64,000 bases of DNA, taken from the NCBI GenBank assembly GCA_963771465.1, contig CAVYTU010000002.1:1-64000 (forward strand), written 5' to 3'. The DNA is from an uncultured delta proteobacterium (lineage in GTDB: Bacteria; Desulfobacterota; Binatia; UBA9968). Made by a program: the position numbers and the translations under genes. Below the pieces are notes generated by a model. That model saw only the letters and a list, made by a program, of their open reading frames with translations. It did no database searches and was not told the DNA's origin. Within the stretch, counting starts at the first letter, position 1; every line of letters begins with the position of its first letter. This document shows positions 57,319 to 64,000 of this stretch, piece by piece.

Positions 57319-58823
57319 TCAGAACTTCGCCCACCAAGGAATCGCTTCCTTGGTCACACCTTCGATCCTAACGTTGTAGGTCTGCAACAGCGTGCCCTCG
57401 GCCAGTTTCAATTTGGCCATGGAGTTATTGTAGTCAGTCAACGACCGTAGTTCCGCGCCCTCGGCGTCGATTAATCTCGATTGGAAGTCGATCACGTCTT
57501 TTTGCGTGATCAGGCCCACCTGGAAGCGCTTTTCTTGCATGCGCAAGTTTTCTTCGGCGAGGGTTTTTGCCTGCTGGCTGGTTTGAATGCGCTTGTAGCC
57601 GCTGTCGACATCGCCCAGGGATTTCTCAACTTCCAAGATCACCTGATTGACCAGCTCACGCTGACGCGCTTTTTCTTGCTCCAACTCGATGCGGGCCTGG
57701 GAGTGTTTACTATGGGCTTGGCCGTTACCCAACGGCACCTGCAGCACCACGCCGACGCTGTAATTGTAAAAGTCGCCACCCAACCGTTCGAGGGATGTAC
57801 CGTAGCCGCCGGGAAATGGATTCATCGTGCCGGGTTTCAACTCGCCGGCGATGCCGGTCAAACCCGCGCCAACGCGGAAATCCATGCGCGGCAGGAAATT
57901 GTGATCAGGATTGACATTGATAGTTAAGCGCAGCTTCGCACTGGCGAAGTCGAGATTGTTGCGGGCGACGATCAATTGCTCGTCGCGGCGCGCTTTCTCC
58001 GCCCGCGCTTCGATCACCGCGACCGCGGCGAACTGACCGGCATTGAATTCGCCTCGGCGTTTTTCTGCAACGCTTCGGCCAACTCGACACCTTTTTCTTG
58101 AACTCGCACGTTATCGGCGGCGAACACGACCGCGCAGTAGCGCTTCGACGATGCGTTGAATCAGTTCGGCCAATTTCGCGCGATAGCCGAGCACACTGAC
58201 TTCTTCGCGGTTTTGATGCGGACAAAAATCGTCGTCAGGCCCCAGCCAAAGTCGCGCAGCAACGGTTGGCTCAGGTAAATCCCAATCGCGGACGATACTG
58301 CGGCTTTAATACTTGGTTGGGCAAGCTGCCGACGAAGCGATTATTAAGAAAAGACAAATTAAGCTGGGTGCCGGTGGCAAAAAGCTTTTTCAGCGTCAAA
58401 TCCCAATCGCGGTTCTGACTGCTCTGCACCAGTTGGAAAAATGGGCTCGCTTCGGTACGGATCGATCGAGTAGCTTTTACGCAGGTATAAATTGACCGTC
58501 GGATCGAAGATCGAGCGTTCCGCGAGCGTCTGCTCGGCGGCGCGCAGCGGTTCGAGCCGTTCCACTTCGATGCCGGGATTGTTTTTGAGCCCAAGCAGCA
58601 CCGCGTCATTCAGGCTAAGCTGGGCCGACTCCGGCGCCGCCTTGCGGAGAAATTCCAGCGTGTAGCCGCTCGGCGTCGGCACAATCGTCGTCCACTGATT
58701 TTCTAACAGCTTGAGCGCCGGCGGCGTGGCGCGAAAATCTGCTTGCGGCGGAATCTCCTGTGCCGATGCCGGCGCTTGCGAAAGAAACAGGGCGAACCCG
58801 GTGATCGCGGCCAATCGCTTCAT
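57319..58823 (-). CDS. TolC-family outer membrane protein (multiple frameshifts)
   Basis: LSLNDAVLLGLKNNP; VLQVPLGN; LAEENLRMQEKRFQVG. Confidence 0.8.
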
Positions 58824-59049
58824 AAATGCTCCTTGTGCTGATTTCAGAGAACTGCGTCAACATTCTGCCGGTTGCTGCTATAATTTTGGCTACAGAGATC
58901 GATCGCCGAAGTCAATGTGACAGTTACGCGCGCCAATTCGTGCTTGACTATTGACAAGCCGGGAGGCGTTCAATATGAATTTAGGCCAGCTTACCAACGC
59001 CGCGCGAGGTGTTGGCGCGAACGAGAACAGGGAGCATTAGACGGGAAAG

Positions 59050-59409
59050 ATGCCAAGGACAAAAAAGAAAAGCGCGGGACGGCCAGCCAAAGATCGCACT
59101 TCCGACTATATCGACGACGGCAGCCATGACGAGTCGGACGACGAAGATCTTCCAAGTGACGAAGCGGGCCGGCGCAAAATCAAAAAAAATTACGAAGATC
59201 TCCTCGGTATCCGCATCGATAAGCTCAGAGGGCGGGTGCTCAACCGAGAGAAAATCAACAAGAGCATCGACGGCCTCTATTTCATTTGCTTCGAGTGCAA
59301 AAAAATCTGCCACAACCTTGATGATGGCTGGATGGAAGAAGCGGCGACGCTAAATAATTTTTGCGGCCCCTGCGCCAAGGCGAAAGGTGTCCGCAGCAGC
59401 GCCGCCTAG
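59050..59409 (+). CDS. Hypothetical protein with C4 zinc finger
   Basis: Acidic N-terminal region; GLYFICFEC...FCGPC. Confidence 0.7.
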   Translation: MPRTKKKSAGRPAKDRTSDYIDDGSHDESDDEDLPSDEAGRRKIKKNYEDLLGIRIDKLRGRVLNREKINKSIDGLYFICFECKKICHNLDDGWMEEAATLNNFCGPCAKAKGVRSSAA

Positions 59410-60374
59410 AACTTTATTCCCAGTCGCTCTAAAACTTTTGTCAAATCAGCAGGGATCTCGCTGTCCAACTGCACCATCCGTTGAGTATCGGGGTGATGAA
59501 ATTCGAGCCGTTTGGCGTGCAAGAAGTGTCTTTCTAGGCCGAAGTTTTCTTTTCTTTCAGGTCCATATAAGCCATCACCAACAATCGGCCAACCGCTTGC
59601 CGCTAGATGAACACGAATTTGATGGGTGACGCCGGTGGCCATGATGACTTCCAACAAACTCATTCCTGGCGCCGCGCCGATTCTTCGATATTGCGTGAGC
59701 GCGGGCCAACTGCGCGTCGGCTTGCCGCTTGCGTCTGGATCAAACACGCGCATCTTCCGCTTATCCGAACGGTCATGCGCCAGTGGCGAGTGGATTTCCC
59801 CGCCATCGAGCGAATCGCCCCAGACCAGCGCCCAATAAGTCTTATTCACATCCCGGCGGCGAAATTGTTTGCGCAGGCTAGCGAATGCCGTTTGAGTTTT
59901 CGCGACGAGAAGCAAACCCGAAGTCTCGACATCGAGACGATGCACCAACCCAGGCTCCCAGCGGCTCTTGCCGACCGTCAGCAATTCCGGCCAGCGAGCC
60001 AAAACAAAATTTGCCAAGGTGTCATCGTCACGGGCGGAAAAGCCGTGGGTTGCCATACCCGCCGGTTTGTCGAGCGCAAGAATCGCTTCGTCTTCGTAAA
60101 CGATCGGCACGTCGGAGGGCAACGCCGGCGGCGGCTGCTCGGCCAACCATTCGACAGGGCCGGAAAACACGACGCGATCTCCTGTTGCGAGCCGGTCGCC
60201 TTTTTTTCCGACTCGACCATTGATGAGAAATAATTTTTCGCCGAGCGCCTGGTCAAGCGCGCGGCGCGAAAGATGCGGCAGCGCCCGACGCACAAACACA
60301 TCGAGTCGAAGCGACGCCGATTCCACCGGCACCAGCCATAGGCGAGTTCTCGCGCCCGCGGCTTGATCCACCAT
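59406..60374 (-). CDS. RluA/RluD family pseudouridine synthase
   Basis: S4-like N-terminus, DKPAG, VHRLDVETSG, TGVTHQIRVHL. Confidence 0.93.
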   Translation of the reverse strand: MVDQAAGARTRLWLVPVESASLRLDVFVRRALPHLSRRALDQALGEKLFLINGRVGKKGDRLATGDRVVFSGPVEWLAEQPPPALPSDVPIVYEDEAILALDKPAGMATHGFSARDDDTLANFVLARWPELLTVGKSRWEPGLVHRLDVETSGLLLVAKTQTAFASLRKQFRRRDVNKTYWALVWGDSLDGGEIHSPLAHDRSDKRKMRVFDPDASGKPTRSWPALTQYRRIGAAPGMSLLEVIMATGVTHQIRVHLAASGWPIVGDGLYGPERKENFGLERHFLHAKRLEFHHPDTQRMVQLDSEIPADLTKVLERLGIKF

Positions 60375-60422
60375 GGGAGCTACCGTACTATAATTTTCAT
60401 TCTCATCAACTGGGACGACACA

Positions 60423-61535
60423 ATGATAAATCACTGTTACAGCGTCATCATCGCCGGCGGCAAAGGCACACGCTTCTGGCCGCTCAGCCGCGCCGAGCGG
60501 CCCAAGCAGTTGCTCAAAATCTTGAGCGATCGCAGCCTGATCGACGAAACTGCGGAACGCGTCCAAGCTGTGACGCCATCATCGCGCACACTCGTCGTCA
60601 CCGTCGCCGAGCAACTTGGCGCCATGCGTAAAGAGCTGCGCGCGTTACCGCGGCAGAATTTCATTGCGGAACCCCAAGGCAAAAATACTGCACCGTGCAT
60701 CGGCCTCGCCGCACTGGAAGTCCTCCGGCGCGATCCCGACGGCGTAATGATCGTGCTCCCTGCCGATCATTGGGTCGCCGATGTGAAAGGCTTCCAGCGA
60801 ACTCTCAAAGCGGCGGTCGAATTGGCCGTACAGCAAGATCGCTTGATCACCATCGGCATTCGCCCGGACTATCCGGAAACCGGCTATGGCTACATCATGA
60901 AAGGAAAGCTGACGGGCGGCGCGAAGCCAGCCTCATTCCAAGTCAAACGCTTTACCGAGAAGCCCGCCGTCGCGCTCGCCAAGAAACTTGTGCGCCAAGG
61001 CTCGCTGTGGAACAGCGGCATTTTCGTGTGGAAGGCCGCGACGCTCATTGAATTGCTCAATCGCTATCAGCCTGACATTGGCGCCAAGCTCGGCGCAATC
61101 GACAAAGCTTCCCACGGGAAATCGCTGGGCAACCCGAACCCAAAGCTCCGCGCCGTCATCGCGCGCGAGTATAAGAAAATGCCGAGCATCTCGATCGACT
61201 ACGCCGTCCTGGAAAAAGCCGGCGCCGAGGGCAGAGTCTTAACCGTCGAAGCCGATTTCGGCTGGAGCGACGTCGGCAGTTGGGCCGCCGTCCATCGCAT
61301 GATGCATAAAGACGCCCAGGGTAACGCCGGCAACGGCCGCTGGCTCCAGCTCGGCGCCAAGAACTGTCTGATTCACTCGCCGGACCGTTTGATCGTCTTA
61401 CTTGGTATCGAGAATGCGGTCGTCGTCGACACCGCCGACGCCTTGTTGGTCGGCGATCTCAGCCGTTCTCAAGAAGTGCGCGAACTGGTCGGCGAACTTC
61501 AGCGCCGAGGCCTTGGCCATTTGACGGTAAAATAA
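60423..61535 (+). CDS. manC: Mannose-1-phosphate guanylyltransferase
   Basis: AGGKGTRFWPLSR, EPQGKNTAP, PETGYGYI, WNSG, WSDVGSW. Confidence 0.93.
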   Translation: MINHCYSVIIAGGKGTRFWPLSRAERPKQLLKILSDRSLIDETAERVQAVTPSSRTLVVTVAEQLGAMRKELRALPRQNFIAEPQGKNTAPCIGLAALEVLRRDPDGVMIVLPADHWVADVKGFQRTLKAAVELAVQQDRLITIGIRPDYPETGYGYIMKGKLTGGAKPASFQVKRFTEKPAVALAKKLVRQGSLWNSGIFVWKAATLIELLNRYQPDIGAKLGAIDKASHGKSLGNPNPKLRAVIAREYKKMPSISIDYAVLEKAGAEGRVLTVEADFGWSDVGSWAAVHRMMHKDAQGNAGNGRWLQLGAKNCLIHSPDRLIVLLGIENAVVVDTADALLVGDLSRSQEVRELVGELQRRGLGHLTVK

Positions 61536-61557
61536 CCACGCTTCTCCGCGCCGCACA

Positions 61558-62379
61558 ATGAACTCACGCTATCGCAAAGGCCCGTTTCAAGCCGACGAGC
61601 CGGTGATTTTGCTCGACCGCAAGGATCGCGAATACTTGTCTCGCCTCGATCAGCGCCGGCCCATCGCGATTCGCGGCGGTAAAGTCTCCGTCGACGATAT
61701 CATCGGCCGTGACGAAGGCAGCGTCGTCAAGTCGTCTTACAACGAGCCTTTCTTGGTTTTCCGGCCGAGTTTGGCGCAGTTAATTCCCAACTTGCCGCGC
61801 ACTGCCCAGGTAATTTATCCCAAGGATCTGGGACCGATTTTGATCTGGGCCGATCTGTTCCCCGGCGCGCGCGTTGTCGAAGCCGGCGTCGGCGCCGGCG
61901 CCCTCAGCATGGCGCTGCTGCGCGCCATCGGCGACGAGGGACAGCTTTTCTCCTATGAGCTTCGCGAGGATTTCGCTGCACTGGCGCAGAAAAACATCGC
62001 CCGCTATTTCGGCCCGTCGCCCAATTGGCAGGTCACACTGGGCGATGTCGGCGCCACGCTCGACGAAAGTGAAATTGATCGGGTGATTTTAGATTTGCCC
62101 GAGCCGTGGCATGTCATCGACCCGGCGTGGAAAGCATTGCGCCCGGGCGGCATTCTGCTTTGCTATCTGCCGACGGTCATTCAGGTAAAGAGTTTGGTCG
62201 ACGCGCTGCGCGACGACAAGCGCTTCGCCTGCATCGAGACTTCGGAAACGTTAATGCGTTTCTGGCATATCAAAGGCATGAGCATCCGTCCGCAGCACCG
62301 CATGGTCGCCCACACCGGCTTTCTCATCTCAGCGCGCCGATTGGCGGATGGCCAAAAAGACATTCCCCGAGCGCCGTGA
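61558..62379 (+). CDS. trmI: tRNA (adenine-58-N1)-methyltransferase
   Basis: PRTAQVIYPKD, EAGVGAG, LDLPEPW, HTGFL. Confidence 0.9.
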   Translation: MNSRYRKGPFQADEPVILLDRKDREYLSRLDQRRPIAIRGGKVSVDDIIGRDEGSVVKSSYNEPFLVFRPSLAQLIPNLPRTAQVIYPKDLGPILIWADLFPGARVVEAGVGAGALSMALLRAIGDEGQLFSYELREDFAALAQKNIARYFGPSPNWQVTLGDVGATLDESEIDRVILDLPEPWHVIDPAWKALRPGGILLCYLPTVIQVKSLVDALRDDKRFACIETSETLMRFWHIKGMSIRPQHRMVAHTGFLISARRLADGQKDIPRAP

Positions 62380-62408
62380 AGGGGCGACCAGCAGGTCGCC
62401 CCTTCACG
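62375..62408. repeat. REP-like perfect palindrome or bidirectional terminator
   Basis: cgtgaaggggcgacc-agca-ggtcgccccttcacg between convergent genes. Confidence 0.7.
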
Positions 62409-62418
62409 AAACCGTTTT

Positions 62419-63285
62419 TCACGCATAGCCTTTTTCGAGCCACCACTCAGCGATTTCGATGCGCCGAGCAAACCACACTTTGGGAAATCCTTTGGCGTAT
62501 TGAATAAACTCGTCGATGATCTTGGTGCGGAACGGAACCCCGGAGACGAAGGGGTGAAGATTAAAGGCAAAGTATTTCGGCGCCCCTTGTTCGCCTTCCC
62601 AGTAAAGATAGTCGAACTGGTCCTTCATGATCTGCAACAGATCTCTCGGCGTTCGCCCAGTCCCGTAGGTGGAGTAGTCGTTGCATCCCGGCACGTTGTA
62701 GGGAACGACGACGACTTTTTTTCCCCGCGCCTCGACGATGTAAGGATTGTCACTGTTGAGCGGATCTGCCCACCACACGAAACCGGCCTCGGCAACCAGC
62801 TCCAGCGTGTTCGGCGTCGAAGCGTGTCCCGGCGACAGATAACCCGTCGGTTTTTGTCCCAACACTTTTTCAAAGGCCGCCACCGTTTTCTGGATCGATT
62901 CGCGCTCCTGCTCTTTGGTGTACATGAAGGAATACTCATGTTCGTAGCTCTCGGACGAAAACTCATGGCCCTTGGCCTTAAATTCTTTGCATTCAGCCGC
63001 GAACTGTTCGACCTTCAAGCCGTTCATTAAAAAGGTCACCTTGAGATTATGTCGATCAAAAAGATCGGAAATTCGCCAGATCCCGGCCCGGTCGCCGTAT
63101 TCTCGCTCCGTGATGAGTGCCATGTTCTGTTTAAACACCGCTTTCGGCGGTGGAATCGTCGCGCCGCCTTGACGCTGCAGCGACTCGTGGCTGGCAAAAT
63201 TCTCCGGCCAAACTTCCCACGGCACAATGAACGTCACACAGATTTTGGCTTTATCCGGCCATTCAATTGTTGTTGGTCTGCCCAT
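62419..63285 (-). CDS. Polysaccharide deacetylase (PuuE-like) family protein
   Basis: EYGDRAGIWRI, GHEF, LHPFVSGVPFR, VWFARRIEIAEWW. Confidence 0.85.
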   Translation of the reverse strand: MGRPTTIEWPDKAKICVTFIVPWEVWPENFASHESLQRQGGATIPPPKAVFKQNMALITEREYGDRAGIWRISDLFDRHNLKVTFLMNGLKVEQFAAECKEFKAKGHEFSSESYEHEYSFMYTKEQERESIQKTVAAFEKVLGQKPTGYLSPGHASTPNTLELVAEAGFVWWADPLNSDNPYIVEARGKKVVVVPYNVPGCNDYSTYGTGRTPRDLLQIMKDQFDYLYWEGEQGAPKYFAFNLHPFVSGVPFRTKIIDEFIQYAKGFPKVWFARRIEIAEWWLEKGYA

Positions 63286-63469
63286 GTTTGCTCCTTTACT
63301 CTATAGATCTTTGACCGCATTAAATTCATAAAATGTGGTGCAAGCCAGAGGTATATGGCACGAAAAGTAGATCGTCAAGTGGGTTAACGCAACAACAAGT
63401 ACTGTTGGCGCGTAGCTCAACTTGACATCCTCGGTGCGCGCATCTAAACATTGATCGCTGCAGGTCCAA

Positions 63470-64000
63470 ATGAAAACGGGTGCGCCGCTATTTGCTCTTT
63501 TGCTGTTGGTTATTCTCACTTCCCACGCGCGCGGGCAATCGGCGCCGGAAAAAATCGTCATCACCTACCCGAGCCGTAGCATCGCTTCGGTTGATTTATA
63601 TATCGCCCAAGAACGCGGCTTTTTCCGCCAAGAAGGGCTGATCGCGGATGTGGTGCAAGTACGCGGCAACATCGGCGTCACGGCACTGCTCAGCGGCGAT
63701 GCGCACGCGATCAACAACGTCGGCACGCTGGTTCGCGCCATGGAGCGCAGCGATCTCCCCGCCAAAGTCGTTTCCCAAAGCCTTAGAAAAAATTTGTTCT
63801 GGTTGGTCACCAAACCGGACATCAAAAGCATCATGGAACTCAAGGGAAAAACTTTCGGCACCACGACTTTGGGTGGCTCGCAACACATGGCGGCAGTGCG
63901 CTTTTTACAGAAAGCCGGTCTCGACCCGGACAAGGACATCACGGTTCTAATCGGCGGCGATGTTCCAGCGCAGCTCCAGAGCCTGGTAAGCGGCGTGATC
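63470..64000 (+). CDS. NMT1/SsuA-type ABC substrate-binding protein (runs off the window)
   Basis: Manual translation MKTGAPLFALLLL...EKIVITYPSRS...YIAQERGFFRQEGL...ELKGK. Confidence 0.85.
   Translation, partial: MKTGAPLFALLLLVILTSHARGQSAPEKIVITYPSRSIASVDLYIAQERGFFRQEGLIADVVQVRGNIGVTALLSGDAHAINNVGTLVRAMERSDLPAKVVSQSLRKNLFWLVTKPDIKSIMELKGKTFGTTTLGGSQHMAAVRFLQKAGLDPDKDITVLIGGDVPAQLQSLVSGVI

Overview
Bacterial chromosome segment, inferred to be from Candidatus Binatia or a related deltaproteobacterium (several NMT1/SsuA-type binding proteins, LVIVD protein, PuuE-like deacetylase). Many single-base frameshifts look like long-read errors. There are four parts. (1) 1-16.7 kb is a more AT-rich island ending at a tRNA-Glu-like 3' fragment (att site). 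It holds small stress genes behind sigma54-type promoters, including an intact metallothionein and an entericidin missed by the ORF track, plus phage-like HTH genes, a PD-(D/E)XK-like protein, a kinase fragment, a cysteine dioxygenase and an orphan Tad gene. (2) 18.7-23.6 kb is an insert with an unusual operon: ExeA-like ATPase, output-less HAMP receptor, binding protein-LysM fusion and a coiled-coil protein. (3) 32.4-42 kb is a type I R-M locus whose hsdS-hsdR slot carries a Trypco1 plus trypsin-pYEATS pair, my best candidate for an undescribed defence module. (4) 42-64 kb is mostly housekeeping (yhhQ, recJ, secF, secD, yajC, tgt, queA, nfeD, coaBC, mlaA, tolC-like, RluA family, manC, trmI). 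All family calls come from recognising motifs by eye; no database search was run.
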